Source of the DNA: a virus
Reading direction: 5' to 3' (one strand)
IMG/VR virus record: IMGVR_UViG_3300042090_001045
DNA: 46,231 bases
The translations under genes were made by a program, and so were the position numbers. The notes under the pieces are model-generated. The model did not search any database, was not told where the DNA came from, and saw only the letters and a list, made by a program, of their open reading frames with translations. Positions 27,437 to 37,221 of the stretch are shown in pieces (the first letter of the stretch is position 1; every line of letters begins with the position of its first letter).

Positions 27437-28824
27437 TTCATTCTCCTTTTCATGCCTTCTTTCAAGGCGTCTTGCACCGTAATTTTCTGCTTGTAGCTCT
27501 CGATAACATCTTCGTCTACGGTGCTTCGGGCGATGATATTATATACAAAAACCGGTCTGTCATACCCGGCTTGCAACTGGCGTGTCGGGCCGATACGTTC
27601 GAGAATCTGCGCCCGCTCTTCGGCATTCCACCAATGCGAGAAGTAGACCATGATGTTTGAACCGTCTTGCAGACTCAGACCATGGCCTGCGCTTGCCGGG
27701 TGCGCGAACAACACGGGGATTTTCCCGGCGTTCCAGTCCCGTAGCGTCTGCGGTTCCTTATCCAGTTCGCGCCCTTTCGGGAACGCCCGCCTGAGCCGAA
27801 CCAAATCGCTCTTGAACTGATACGCTACAAGCACCGGCATGCCGCCCGCTTCTTCGACAATCTCGTCCAGCACTTGCAGCTTCAAATCGTGGACTTCAGA
27901 GAAGTTCTTTTCTTCGTCAGTATAGAGCGCGCCGTTTGCGAGTTGCAAGAGCTTTATCGTTTTGCTTGCAGCATTGAAAGCCTCAACTTCCTTGCCGTCA
28001 ATCTCTAGGAATAATTCGCGCTCCATCTTGCGATATGCATCACGCGCCTTATAGGGAAGGTCAATGAAAATATCGTTGACGATAGGTTCGCGTAGGTCAA
28101 ACCAATCTTTGGCGTTAACCGAGATGCAAATTTCGCGCAGTAGTGCTTGAATTTCCTTCTCAGCGTGTGGCAACGGCTTCGTGACGCTGAAGTTACCGCT
28201 AGTGCGCAAGCTTTGGAACCAGCGTTGTTCGTAAGCAGTGTATGTGCGGCCGAGGCGCTGCCCGCCGTCGATGAACCACGTTTGCCCCCACAAATCCTCT
28301 AGACCGTTAGGCGCGGGCGTGCCCGTCAGATTATTCCAGAACTTGACCTTCTTATGCGCCACTTCCGCGAGCGCCTTGGAACGCTTCGTGCCTTGACGAG
28401 TGCGGTAGCCTTTTAGTTTAGTAGACTCATCGGCTACGACGCGTTCGAACGGCCATTTGTTCCTGTTGTGCTTAAACCATTCTACAAGCCAAGGGATGTT
28501 CTCGTAATTCGTCGTGAACACGGATGCATTGCGGTTGTTGAGCGCGAGAATGCGTTGCGCTTCAGTGCCGACGATAGGCTGCACTTCGATGTTGCGGAAC
28601 TTCCATTTCTCTTGTTCGTCCGGCCAAGTGGATTGCGCAACGCGTAACGGCGCGGTGACGAGTGTCGGCCCTGTCTGATTGCCAAAAGCTAATTCCGAAT
28701 CGATAGCGGCGAGAAGTGAAGAACTCTTGCCCATGCCCATGCCTGCGAGTACGCCGCACCGCTCATGTTCATAGACAAAATCCATGATGAGTTTCTGATA
28801 ATCGCGCGGGGCGAATTTAGGCAT
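27433..28824 (-). CDS. SNF2-family helicase/ATPase
   Basis: 463 aa. Walker A GMGMGKS, motif II VVADESTKLK, LTGTPAPNGLEDLW, C-terminal helicase lobe ...AGHGLSLQ.... Confidence 0.85.
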   Translation of the reverse strand: MPKFAPRDYQKLIMDFVYEHERCGVLAGMGMGKSSSLLAAIDSELAFGNQTGPTLVTAPLRVAQSTWPDEQEKWKFRNIEVQPIVGTEAQRILALNNRNASVFTTNYENIPWLVEWFKHNRNKWPFERVVADESTKLKGYRTRQGTKRSKALAEVAHKKVKFWNNLTGTPAPNGLEDLWGQTWFIDGGQRLGRTYTAYEQRWFQSLRTSGNFSVTKPLPHAEKEIQALLREICISVNAKDWFDLREPIVNDIFIDLPYKARDAYRKMERELFLEIDGKEVEAFNAASKTIKLLQLANGALYTDEEKNFSEVHDLKLQVLDEIVEEAGGMPVLVAYQFKSDLVRLRRAFPKGRELDKEPQTLRDWNAGKIPVLFAHPASAGHGLSLQDGSNIMVYFSHWWNAEERAQILERIGPTRQLQAGYDRPVFVYNIIARSTVDEDVIESYKQKITVQDALKEGMKRRMK

Positions 28825-29092
28825 ACCATTTTATGAAGTTGTCAACATCTTCTTTGCTGGCGATTACAAGCACAATGCAGCCCATCGCTTGGAGCCGCCG
28901 ATGCTCACGGATTTGCGCTTGTGTAGGGGTCTGGTCTGTGGCTTTGATTTCGCACAGGTAGTAGCGTGCCTCGGGGTATATGAGAATCCTATCCGGCACG
29001 CCTCGGCGGCTGGGGCTAGTCCACTTATACGAAATGCCGCCCGTCTCGCGGACGCGTTTCGTAAGATACCGTTCGATCTCGGATTCTCTCAT
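28817..29092 (-). CDS. VRR-NUC nuclease
   Basis: 91 aa. GVPDRILIY...YLCEIK PD-(D/E)xK pattern, followed by QIREHRRLQAMGCIVLVI. Confidence 0.8.
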   Translation of the reverse strand: MRESEIERYLTKRVRETGGISYKWTSPSRRGVPDRILIYPEARYYLCEIKATDQTPTQAQIREHRRLQAMGCIVLVIASKEDVDNFIKWYA

Positions 29093-31227
29093 AGTTCCTT
29101 ATAGTAGCGATACGTCTCGAACCCCGCCGCCGATAGCGGTAGGTCTGGTGCCCATGGCGGGTTTGTAGCCATCAACGTCCCCAAACCTTCGGCGGAATAG
29201 TCGTCAGTATCCGGCGTTTCAGTTAGCAATTCGTCGTGGATCGGGATAAGGATTTTATACCCTGCGGCTTCGGCCAATTCTTCGCCGTGCTTCAATACGT
29301 CTCGCGCAATGGCCTGGGTAAAGTTCTCTACAAACTTCCCGCCGTAGGAGTTTATGCGCCCCCACTGCCGCGAGTATTGATTAACGCCCGCATACGAAAT
29401 TTTACCCTCTTCCACTCGCGGGGAAGGATAGCACAGCGAGCGTCCACTGGGCAGTACAACACGCAGCCAAGCGCCTTTACGCACAATGCGAACATGATTT
29501 ACCGTTATCACTGTGCCCGTGCTGTTGATAGCCTGCATCACGGCGTTCTTTACATTGAACCAATACGCTTCGGTCGCCGGATGCGCGGCGCGCCAAACGC
29601 GTTTGAGAATATCGAAAGCGATAAAAATATCCCGTTCTAGCCCCAATGTACGTTTATTCTGTTCGGCCCATTTCCAAAACCGTTGCGAACCTTCTTTAAT
29701 TTCTTCGTCTATTTTGTTCAGCGCGGCGAACACATCGCGTTTCAATTCTTCGATGTCGATCCCGAGAGTCAAAGACATAGTCAGGTAAGCACCTACGCCG
29801 CCTTCAAACCCTCCGGCCAAGTCCATCACCTTACCCTGTTTGCGAAAGGCTTTATCGCTCAAAGCTTCTTCAATCGATACGCCGAAGCCCCGCGCGTAGG
29901 TCATTACGTACAGGTCAGGGCCAGTTCCCGCATCGTATTCCCGAAATGCCTTAAGCTTCCACTTTTCACCAGCCTGCCACGCCAGTACGCGCCCTTCAAT
30001 ATTGGATAGATCGGCGACAGGCATCTTCTTGCCTTTCGGTACGATAATCGTGCTGCGGACAAGGTTTGCCGTAAGACCCATCACATTTGAGAATTCAAGA
30101 TCAGCGGTTCCTGCTTTGAGGGCGTCTACTCCGGTTTCTATGTACCTGCGTTGTACTTCTTTATTTACCTTTTCCGCCCCCATTTCAGCCGCCATAAGCG
30201 CACCGTCCGGCGACTTCATGTTCTGTGGCTGAAACAAGCGGGCGGCATCGCGGCCTGTTCGCTGCGCGCCCAAGTGCTGGATAGTGCCTCTCAAACGCCC
30301 GTCTGAAGATACGCTATTGAGCAACGCGGTGTATTTGCTCACACTCGTCATGCTACTTTCTAGGCGCATTTGAAGCAAAAAGCGAAGAGAACTAGGCAAA
30401 GATGGGTCGTTAGCGCGGCGTTCAATGGTCGATTTCTTCATGTCCGGCAAAGAAACGCCATATTCTGCCAAAATATGCGCTAGCAATTTGTCTCGTTGCG
30501 TCGCCGCTTCAACATCCCCGTTCGTCGCTTCGCTGACCTGATCCGCGAGACTTTCCTTAGCTTTTTCAGAGGCCACCACCGCCGCTCGGGCGAGGTCTGT
30601 GTCGACCAAAAATCCTCGGTAGTTGAAGGCGAGATTACGCCGCCAGTGAGATAGTTCGAGTTCATTGTTTGGATAGTTCCATTTCGGAAGTTTTTTGTGG
30701 ACTTCGCGCATCGCCACAATGTCTTGCTTCGCGTACTCGATAAATTCCGCCCACTTCTCGGGGTGGGTTTCGTGGGTCGCGCGGCGCAGTTTGTTGTTCT
30801 TCGGCAGCGGTTTGCAAAAAAGATTGATCAGCGCTTTACCTTCCTTTAACTTCTGCGCATTCGTATCCAGCTTGAGAATTTCACCGAGCTTATCCAGACT
30901 CCCCGGCAAGCCATGCGCGAACGCCTGCACCATTGTGTCGCGAAGGCGCGGTAGCAGGTCGATAGAGAAGATGCCAGTCTTAACTAGCACTGGCATATCA
31001 AAACCCCCACCGTTGTGCGTCCAGATTTCGTATTCCGGATCGGCAAGCGCGGATTGCAGATCGTCAGGAAACCGTTCTCCCGCCGTTAAATCGACGCACC
31101 CTACTGGCCCATCGGCGATGGCGTACGCAAAGAGCATGACTTCGGCCTCTTCGGCGTAGCGATGGGAGCCAAATTTGATCGGGACGGGGCTAAAAGTCTC
31201 TGTGTCAATCCAGAGTTGTTTGTTCAT
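29089..31227 (-). CDS. Family-A DNA polymerase with 3'-5' exonuclease domain
   Basis: ORF trimmed to ATG 31227 (MNKQLWIDTETFS, ExoI DxE; ATGA-coupled to the upstream gene). Motif A-like VADLSNIEGRVLAW, motif C-like IPIHDELLTE. Confidence 0.9.
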   Translation of the reverse strand: MNKQLWIDTETFSPVPIKFGSHRYAEEAEVMLFAYAIADGPVGCVDLTAGERFPDDLQSALADPEYEIWTHNGGGFDMPVLVKTGIFSIDLLPRLRDTMVQAFAHGLPGSLDKLGEILKLDTNAQKLKEGKALINLFCKPLPKNNKLRRATHETHPEKWAEFIEYAKQDIVAMREVHKKLPKWNYPNNELELSHWRRNLAFNYRGFLVDTDLARAAVVASEKAKESLADQVSEATNGDVEAATQRDKLLAHILAEYGVSLPDMKKSTIERRANDPSLPSSLRFLLQMRLESSMTSVSKYTALLNSVSSDGRLRGTIQHLGAQRTGRDAARLFQPQNMKSPDGALMAAEMGAEKVNKEVQRRYIETGVDALKAGTADLEFSNVMGLTANLVRSTIIVPKGKKMPVADLSNIEGRVLAWQAGEKWKLKAFREYDAGTGPDLYVMTYARGFGVSIEEALSDKAFRKQGKVMDLAGGFEGGVGAYLTMSLTLGIDIEELKRDVFAALNKIDEEIKEGSQRFWKWAEQNKRTLGLERDIFIAFDILKRVWRAAHPATEAYWFNVKNAVMQAINSTGTVITVNHVRIVRKGAWLRVVLPSGRSLCYPSPRVEEGKISYAGVNQYSRQWGRINSYGGKFVENFTQAIARDVLKHGEELAEAAGYKILIPIHDELLTETPDTDDYSAEGLGTLMATNPPWAPDLPLSAAGFETYRYYKEL

Positions 31228-31457
31228 CGGTCGTGTTCGTCTTCGCAAGATTCCCATCCCGCTTGATATCCCGCCTCGTGCCCCTCCGCATAACCATCTT
31301 CATACGCATTTTCTAATCGCTGCGCAACATCCGTTTGAGAGGTAATATTTTGGAGGCGAGCTAGGCACTCCACATAAAGCGGGTCGCCGTCGTTATTAAC
31401 CCAAAATTCTAATTCCCGAATGAATTCCTCATCCGTCAGCGTTTGATATTTGCTCAT
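31224..31457 (-). CDS. Hypothetical acidic protein
   Basis: 77-aa ORF with ATG start. Confidence 0.5.
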   Translation of the reverse strand: MSKYQTLTDEEFIRELEFWVNNDGDPLYVECLARLQNITSQTDVAQRLENAYEDGYAEGHEAGYQAGWESCEDEHDR

Positions 31458-31469
31458 GATTTCACCTCG

Positions 31470-31494
31470 GTAAAATGCCCCGCTTGCGCGGGGC
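31470..31494 (-). terminator. Intrinsic terminator/attenuator downstream of the SSB gene
   Basis: Perfect stem GCCCCGC-GCAA-GCGGGGC (minus sense) followed by ATTTTA. Confidence 0.55.
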
Positions 31495-31501
31495 GGTTTG
31501 C

Positions 31502-32047
31502 TTAGTCCAAATCGTCGTCCGCGCCGTCGCCAAGGTCTTCAAAGTCATCGACCGCAGCCGCCTTCGCACCGCCCGCGAAGGGATCGCCATCGCGAAAGAA
31601 TTGCAGGCCCTTCAAGCTAGTATTCACGCGCTTGCCCCACTCCTTACTGTCTTGAGGCCACACCTCAACGATAGCGTTGACGTAACAGCCAGAGTAAAGC
31701 ACGCCATCCCCTTCCGTAACCGGATTGCGCTTGCGGTCAATGAGCGTGGGGCGCTTCGCGTTCGAAGGATGGATATACACCATTCCCTCGAAGCCGTCGT
31801 ATTCGGCCTTGTTGTCTCCGTCATGAACGGCGGCTTCGTCCTTGTTCCGCAACGTCTTCAAGACGTTATCCGCTTTGTCCTTCCATTGCTCCTTGGCTAC
31901 GGCTTCCTCCGCCGCTAGCAACGCCTTGTGGTTTGCGCTGTTCTTTTCAATCAACAAGCTCACCGAATACTTGCCGAACTTATCCGTCTGGAAGACGTTA
32001 AGGAACGAAGTGCGCACATCTTTGAGAATAACTTCTTTGCCTGCCAT
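31502..32047 (-). CDS. Single-stranded DNA-binding protein, DUF2815 type
   Basis: 181 aa. N-terminal VILKDVRTSFLNVF pattern and an acidic C-terminal tail FEDLGDGADDDLD. Strong RBS AAGGAG. Confidence 0.7.
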   Translation of the reverse strand: MAGKEVILKDVRTSFLNVFQTDKFGKYSVSLLIEKNSANHKALLAAEEAVAKEQWKDKADNVLKTLRNKDEAAVHDGDNKAEYDGFEGMVYIHPSNAKRPTLIDRKRNPVTEGDGVLYSGCYVNAIVEVWPQDSKEWGKRVNTSLKGLQFFRDGDPFAGGAKAAAVDDFEDLGDGADDDLD

Positions 32048-32057
32048 TGCTTTCTCC

Positions 32058-32219
32058 TTAAAGCGCGTCAGCGCGGAAATAATGCGGGTACAACTGCTTT
32101 ACCTTCTCGATTGCGGTGTTGAGAATGGTTTCTTTGATTTCTTCGTTCTGTGTGCGCACGGATTCGAGCGCAGCATCGCTCAAAATCAAGCGCGCCATTT
32201 CAGGAAGGATGTAAGACAT
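32058..32219 (-). CDS. Small hypothetical protein (53 aa)
   Basis: Hand-translated MSYILPEMARLILSDAALESVRTQNEEIKETILNTAIEKVKQLYPHYFRADAL. Fills the gap between the nuclease and SSB genes. Confidence 0.45.
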   Translation of the reverse strand: MSYILPEMARLILSDAALESVRTQNEEIKETILNTAIEKVKQLYPHYFRADAL

Positions 32220-32221
32220 GC

Positions 32222-33427
32222 TCATTCCATATCTCCTAGGTCATCAAACTTAGCCGCAACCGGTGTTATTTCAATCGCCGGGCGCGGATCGCTATCGGCA
32301 ACCAACGATGGCTTGCCTTCTTCTTGAACGATCAGCGTAGCAAGTTTCTTCCATTTACGCGGGTTATCTTTCAGGGCTTTTTCCATCGTACTAGGCGATT
32401 TGAGACTCTTGTCGTACATCTCATCGACCTTGAGCCGCATCGCTTTCATCTCTTCCTCTGCTTCCTCTGCGCTCTGCCACTTGCGGTGCCCGCGCTTGCC
32501 CGCAACCATCTTCGTGCCGCTAATCGGGTGCCCATTTTCAGCGGCCTGATAGGCGGCGCTGCTGACCGCTTTAACCCATCGCTCAATAAACGGCAACGCG
32601 TGCCACGCCGCAGCAAGTTCCTCCTGCGACAAAACATGACTCTCATCGGGCAGCGCGTCAAACTTCTCGCCGATGATCTTTTCAGCGTGTCGCTTCGCGG
32701 GGCCGCAATTGCCGAAGTGCTTACACCAGTGACATTGCTTATCCCCCGGGTTGAAGTCGGAATCTGAAAAAGGAGCAACATCGCGGGTTTCGTAGTATAG
32801 CAATGCCTGTTGGGCGGCGGGGGCTAAAGTATTTTCAACCCAATGCTCCAATGCGGTGCCCACCCATTTATCAGTTCGAATTTGTGGTTGCAATCTCGGT
32901 TGAAAGATGTGCAAATGCACAATTCCTATTTCGGCGTCCAATGCGAAATGATCCCGTACTGCCGCGCCGTACATCATTAGCTGAGGATTGTCTTTCGCCT
33001 CTACGGAATTATGGCCGTATTTAAGATCAATAACCGTAGCTTCAGCCCAACCGTCTTTCCATACGGCAAACAATACGACATCGCTAGTTCCTTTTGCGAG
33101 CGGTTCCCCGGTTAGCTGAGCGATGGCCAAGCTCATTTCCGTATATACCTCAACCTCCGCTCCCGCCGCGCGGTAAGCTTCTATTTGGGCCTTTACGTAG
33201 TCAACGTATTGTTGTACGTAATCCACCATTTCCCAAGGCCATTCTCGATCCGAAGCACCGACAACTTTTCCTTGCAGCATTTCCGCCGCCAACTCGTGCG
33301 CCCGCGTCCCCTCATCTGCGGCGGCGCTTGACGTATCAGGGTAATCCGCCTCCATCGCAACGCTAGGCGCGCACAGCAGCCAGCGATGTGCAGAAGAGGG
33401 CGAAAGCAATGCGTGACCGGTGCTCAC
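32222..33427 (-). CDS. PD-(D/E)xK exonuclease, DUF2800/Cas4-RecB-like
   Basis: 401 aa. N-terminal [16 protein letters not shown] signature and a C-terminal Cys cluster [10 protein letters not shown]. Confidence 0.75.
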   Translation of the reverse strand: MSTGHALLSPSSAHRWLLCAPSVAMEADYPDTSSAAADEGTRAHELAAEMLQGKVVGASDREWPWEMVDYVQQYVDYVKAQIEAYRAAGAEVEVYTEMSLAIAQLTGEPLAKGTSDVVLFAVWKDGWAEATVIDLKYGHNSVEAKDNPQLMMYGAAVRDHFALDAEIGIVHLHIFQPRLQPQIRTDKWVGTALEHWVENTLAPAAQQALLYYETRDVAPFSDSDFNPGDKQCHWCKHFGNCGPAKRHAEKIIGEKFDALPDESHVLSQEELAAAWHALPFIERWVKAVSSAAYQAAENGHPISGTKMVAGKRGHRKWQSAEEAEEEMKAMRLKVDEMYDKSLKSPSTMEKALKDNPRKWKKLATLIVQEEGKPSLVADSDPRPAIEITPVAAKFDDLGDME

Positions 33428-33765
33428 TTCGTTGCCTCTGCATAGGCTTCTTGCCAGACTTCCGGCTTGCCTTCAAGTTGGCTAATCTTGCTTACATCAA
33501 ATTTCGCCAACAGCGCTTCGGCGGCGGGGCGGTCTGCGGCGGCGAGTTTGCGGATCGCATCGCGTACCATTTCAAAAGTGAGGATGCTTTCTTCAGCGGC
33601 TTCGATTTTCTCGGTGCGTTGGATCGTCGTGCCGGTTGTTGGAATAGCGGCCTCCCCAACAGCATTCGCAACGCATTCTACGTAATTGCTGTTAGCAGCA
33701 CGAATCTCTGCTGTATTTTCCTTCAGGGCGATAATAAGATCGGTCAGCAACTGTTCAATCGTCAT
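33424..33765 (-). CDS. Hypothetical protein, first gene of a minus-strand operon
   Basis: ORF trimmed to ATG 33765 (MTIEQLL...) preceded by CAGGAGAA. ATGA-coupled to the nuclease gene. Confidence 0.55.
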   Translation of the reverse strand: MTIEQLLTDLIIALKENTAEIRAANSNYVECVANAVGEAAIPTTGTTIQRTEKIEAAEESILTFEMVRDAIRKLAAADRPAAEALLAKFDVSKISQLEGKPEVWQEAYAEATK

Positions 33766-33800
33766 GATGTTCTCCTGTGAAAGTGGACACTGCGGGTTGC

Positions 33801-33830
33801 AATATAGGCGCGCTGCGCACGGCTTGTCAA
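33801..33830 (-). promoter_or_regulatory. Sigma70-type promoter (minus strand)
   Basis: TTGACA, 18-nt spacer, TATATT, read on the minus strand about 35 nt upstream of the 33765 start. Confidence 0.65.
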
Positions 33831-33846
33831 GTACTTTTAACGCAAT

Positions 33847-33875
33847 TTGCATGACCGCTTCGAATGGGCTATAGT
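33847..33875 (+). promoter_or_regulatory. Sigma70-type promoter (plus strand) for the HTH/primase island
   Basis: TTGCAT, 17-nt spacer, TATAGT, then RBS TAAGGAGG and ATG 33900. Confidence 0.65.
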
Positions 33876-33899
33876 GCAAACTCGGTTTAAGGAGGCAGC

Positions 33900-34184
33900 A
33901 TGTCAGCGAAATACAAAGAGTGGATGAAGGCGTCTACGGCCAATGAGAAGCGCGAGTTGGCACGGCAGGTCGATCAGGCGGTGGGCACACTGTATCAGTA
34001 TGGCTATGATGACCCCGTTGGGGGTCGCGTGCCGACTGTTGAGACGGCGCGCAAGATCGAAGAGGCCACGCGCAAGATCCATCGCGTAACCAAAGGCAAA
34101 TTGCCTATCGTCTCGTGCGGCTCGTTTGATAAGCTGCCGTGCAGCGAGTGCCGCTACTATAAAGCTCACAAAGGCAATAAATAA
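33900..34184 (+). CDS. Small DNA-binding protein (HTH-like) with C-terminal Cys pair
   Basis: 94 aa, strong RBS. ELARQVDQAVGTLYQYGY is an HTH-like segment. Confidence 0.5.
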   Translation: MSAKYKEWMKASTANEKRELARQVDQAVGTLYQYGYDDPVGGRVPTVETARKIEEATRKIHRVTKGKLPIVSCGSFDKLPCSECRYYKAHKGNK

Positions 34185-34189
34185 CGTCT

Positions 34190-36388
34190 ATGGACAACAG
34201 CGTCTTCATTGACGCGCTCGCGCCTATTCTTACGCGCGTTGCGCCTGAATCATGCTGGATCAAAAAAGACGGGCAAGCGCCGAAGCACATCAAGTCAGGG
34301 CTTACGCGCGCTCGTCTCCTTCAACACTTCGGCAACGGCCCGTACTTTGGCGCGGCTCCTATGTCGCCCGGGTCAAGCACGACGCAGATTGCCTTACTGG
34401 ATATTGACGATCATGACGGCTCAGTGGGTTGGGAAGGAATCGTTAGAAGCGTTTCTCTACTATTTGAACACGCGCGAACGCGCGGCCTTCATGCGATTCC
34501 TTTCCGATCTTCCGGCGGATCAGGCGCGCACATTTACTTTATATGGAACGGAACTCAGGATGGATACTCCGTCCGCCAGTTACTTATTTCAACCCTCCAG
34601 CATTGCGGCTACGCATCTGGAAGTAAAGGTCTTGCTTCCGGTGAAATCGAAATTTTCCCGAAGCAAGACGTAGTTCCGGAAGACGGCTGGGGCAACATGT
34701 TCATCCTGCCTCTTGCCAAAGCTTCTTTGCCGCTCGACCCGTTGGAGTTTGACCCGCTTGACCGCGAGACGGTACTAACAATGGCGTGGCCGGTCTCCGA
34801 TCCGGTTCCCGTCGTAGAGCGCGAAATCATTCAGCGAAATACCGACATTGTAGATACCTGTCTAGACGACCTTCGCGCGGCGCTCAACGCTATCCCCAAT
34901 ACCGGCGATAGCGAGTTGTCTTATGACGACTGGCGAAACGTTATTTTTGGTTTGCACAACGCCACCGGCGGCTCAGACGATGGGCTTGCATTGGCGCATG
35001 AATTTTCGGCCAAGTCCGGTAAGTACGACGCTGACTTCTTAGAATCACGCGTTTGGCCGTACATCAAGGAAGATCACGGCACCGAGCGTGGGGCGATCAC
35101 CGCGAATACCATCTTTGCGATGGCACGTGAGTATGGTTTCGTTGAAGACGTGAGCGCTAAATTTGACATCATTGAAGCGCCCGCTACTGAAGACACCATT
35201 GAACTCCCAAAGTTCGAGCGCCGCAAAGACGGCGCGATTCTCGCTAACATCTCCAATCTTGCCTACGCTTTGTCCGATCCGAACGTTTGCGCCATGCGCA
35301 TCCGGTACGATGAATTCAAAGACGAGGTGATGCTCGCCCGTCAGGGCACGGAAGAGTGGCGAGCGATTCGCGACAAAGACATTACCGACATGCGCATCTA
35401 TCTTGAACGCAACGGCTTCCTGTCGCTTGGCAAAGAGATGACGCGTGATGTATTCGGCAGCGTGGCGGAAGAGAACAGTTTCGACTCGGCGATTTTTTGG
35501 CTTGAGAATCTGCCCAAATGGGACGGCAAGCCACGCGTGGCTAAGTTCCTGACTCGCTACTTCAAGACCGAAGACACGCCCTATGCAGACGCCGTATCTA
35601 GGTATATCTGGACTGCGCTTGCGGGACGAGTGATGGAGCCGGGCGTGAAGTGCGACATGGCCCCTATTCTGGTTGGCGAACAGGGTAGCGGCAAAACGGA
35701 CGGTATCAAAGCGATGGTGCCTTCCGAAGAGTTCTATGGCGAACTGGATCTATCGGACAAGGATGACGACTTGGCCCGTGTAATGCGCGGCAAGCTGGTG
35801 TGCGAACTGGAAGAACTGCGCGGTATGTCCAGCCGTGAACAGAAAGGCATCAAAGCGTTCATTACGCGCACGCATGAGGAATGGGTACCGAAGTTCAAGG
35901 AGTTTGCCACCAAATACCCGCGTCGTTGCCTGCTGATCGGTTCGACCAACGAAGAAGAGAATCTAGACGACGAGACGGGTGCACGGCGCTATCTGCCGAT
36001 CAAAGTCGGCCCTACCGATCTGGCGGCGCTCAGGGCCGACCGCGATCAGCTTTGGGCGGAAGGCTTGGCGATGTTTCGCAAGAAGGGTGTCATGTGGCAA
36101 GACGCGATGCGCTTGGCCCGCAACGAACACGCGGCGTTCACCGTGCGGGACGCATGGGAAGAATCGGTGCAATGCTGGCTGGAAGAGTGCGACTTGGACG
36201 AGATGACGCCGCGTGGAGAAATCTACTTCACGACCCGCAGCGTATTGACCGGCGCGCTCGGCTTTGAAATGCGGCATGTCCGCCGTTCGGAAGATATGCG
36301 CATGAACAAACTGCTGGTGAAAATGGGCTACACGCGCAAATCAAAACGGACCCCGGAGGGCCCGCGTTGGGTGTGGGGGAAGGATTAA
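34190..36388 (+). CDS. Primase-polymerase (AEP) / PriCT / D5-VirE-type P-loop NTPase fusion
   Basis: 732 aa. LLDIDDHDG (DxD) and GAHIYFIW (AEP His motif). SYDDWRNVIFGLHNATGGSDDGLALAHEFSAKSGKYD is PriCT-like. Walker A GEQGSGKT. Confidence 0.85.
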   Translation: MDNSVFIDALAPILTRVAPESCWIKKDGQAPKHIKSGLTRARLLQHFGNGPYFGAAPMSPGSSTTQIALLDIDDHDGSVGWEGIVRSVSLLFEHARTRGLHAIPFRSSGGSGAHIYFIWNGTQDGYSVRQLLISTLQHCGYASGSKGLASGEIEIFPKQDVVPEDGWGNMFILPLAKASLPLDPLEFDPLDRETVLTMAWPVSDPVPVVEREIIQRNTDIVDTCLDDLRAALNAIPNTGDSELSYDDWRNVIFGLHNATGGSDDGLALAHEFSAKSGKYDADFLESRVWPYIKEDHGTERGAITANTIFAMAREYGFVEDVSAKFDIIEAPATEDTIELPKFERRKDGAILANISNLAYALSDPNVCAMRIRYDEFKDEVMLARQGTEEWRAIRDKDITDMRIYLERNGFLSLGKEMTRDVFGSVAEENSFDSAIFWLENLPKWDGKPRVAKFLTRYFKTEDTPYADAVSRYIWTALAGRVMEPGVKCDMAPILVGEQGSGKTDGIKAMVPSEEFYGELDLSDKDDDLARVMRGKLVCELEELRGMSSREQKGIKAFITRTHEEWVPKFKEFATKYPRRCLLIGSTNEEENLDDETGARRYLPIKVGPTDLAALRADRDQLWAEGLAMFRKKGVMWQDAMRLARNEHAAFTVRDAWEESVQCWLEECDLDEMTPRGEIYFTTRSVLTGALGFEMRHVRRSEDMRMNKLLVKMGYTRKSKRTPEGPRWVWGKD

Positions 36389-36781
36389 TTAGCAAGGCCC
36401 TCCCACGATTTGTTCATGGCGATTATTTTTCTCATGGAAACCAAATGTATTGGTAAATGTAAAAATACAACGAGAATATTTTTCTTTATTCCCTTCGCTG
36501 TAATAAAACCGTTGGCGCATTTCCGGAAAACCGCCAAAACTTGTCCACATAACGAAAGTTATGGTTTCTCCTACTCTATGCATATAACTTTTTGAGACGC
36601 CTCCCGTTTTCTGCGACGCCAGATTAATGTCTCTGAACTGTACGCGAGAATCTATAATTTTGTGCGGTTTCATAGTAATTTCTATTCGAGCGCGTTCCGG
36701 GATAGGTCGGATTCTGGTAATTACACCGTGTATTTCGACTTCAGTAGAAATGTGTTTTTGTAATATTTTTGTGCTAGCCAT
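36389..36781 (-). CDS. Hypothetical protein in a low-GC island
   Basis: 130-aa ORF, visibly AT-rich compared with all neighbours. Its stop abuts the primase stop with no gap. Confidence 0.55.
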   Translation of the reverse strand: MASTKILQKHISTEVEIHGVITRIRPIPERARIEITMKPHKIIDSRVQFRDINLASQKTGGVSKSYMHRVGETITFVMWTSFGGFPEMRQRFYYSEGNKEKYSRCIFTFTNTFGFHEKNNRHEQIVGGPC

Positions 36782-36790
36782 AATTCACCT

Positions 36791-37000
36791 CTAGATATTA
36801 GGCTCAGACGGTGCCCAATTGACTGAGCATTTTACCGTCAAATTTGACATGCCGGGCGGCAGTTCAGGCGTCAAGAGCGCCGCCCGCATCGTTTCGCAGG
36901 TCTCGTAATCCTTTAAGAAAATGAACTTGTGCATCGGTTCGCCATGATACGACCATGCCGCCGACAACACCCAAAATATAATTGCGTTGACCGGCGGCAT
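36791..37000 (-). CDS. Hypothetical protein with hydrophobic N-terminus
   Basis: 69-aa ORF. N-terminal MPPVNAIIFWVLSAAWS looks like a signal or TM segment. Confidence 0.45.
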   Translation of the reverse strand: MPPVNAIIFWVLSAAWSYHGEPMHKFIFLKDYETCETMRAALLTPELPPGMSNLTVKCSVNWAPSEPNI

Positions 37001-37009
37001 GGTTGACCC

Positions 37010-37123
37010 CTACTTATAGAAAATCGAAATAACCCAAGCACGGAACTTTTCGCCAAAGGTCTTAAAGCCTTCCCAGCCCGCGCCTAGCAGAAGGCCAATA
37101 GCGAAGCATATAACGTATTTCAT
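37010..37123 (-). CDS. Hydrophobic mini-protein (37 aa)
   Basis: Hand-translated MKYVICFAIGLLLGAGWEGFKTFGEKFRAWVISIFYK. RBS AAGGAG 7 nt upstream. Confidence 0.45.
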   Translation of the reverse strand: MKYVICFAIGLLLGAGWEGFKTFGEKFRAWVISIFYK

Positions 37124-37125
37124 TT

Positions 37126-37221
37126 CTATTCTCCTTCAAACTCTACCCAGCCGGTGAGCAGACAAATGGCCGTCCACAGCGCCGCCCCTGCAATCATAGA
37201 GAGCACGATAATCATGTTCAT
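37126..37221 (-). CDS. Hydrophobic mini-protein (31 aa)
   Basis: Hand-translated MNMIIVLSMIAGAALWTAICLLTGWVEFEGE, with GGAGA upstream. Confidence 0.4.
   Translation of the reverse strand: MNMIIVLSMIAGAALWTAICLLTGWVEFEGE

Noticed and set aside
27279-27482. 67-aa plus-strand ORF after the phosphoesterase gene
   Set aside because: It is antisense to the ATGA-coupled 54-aa minus-strand ORF and the SNF2 3' end, with no RBS.
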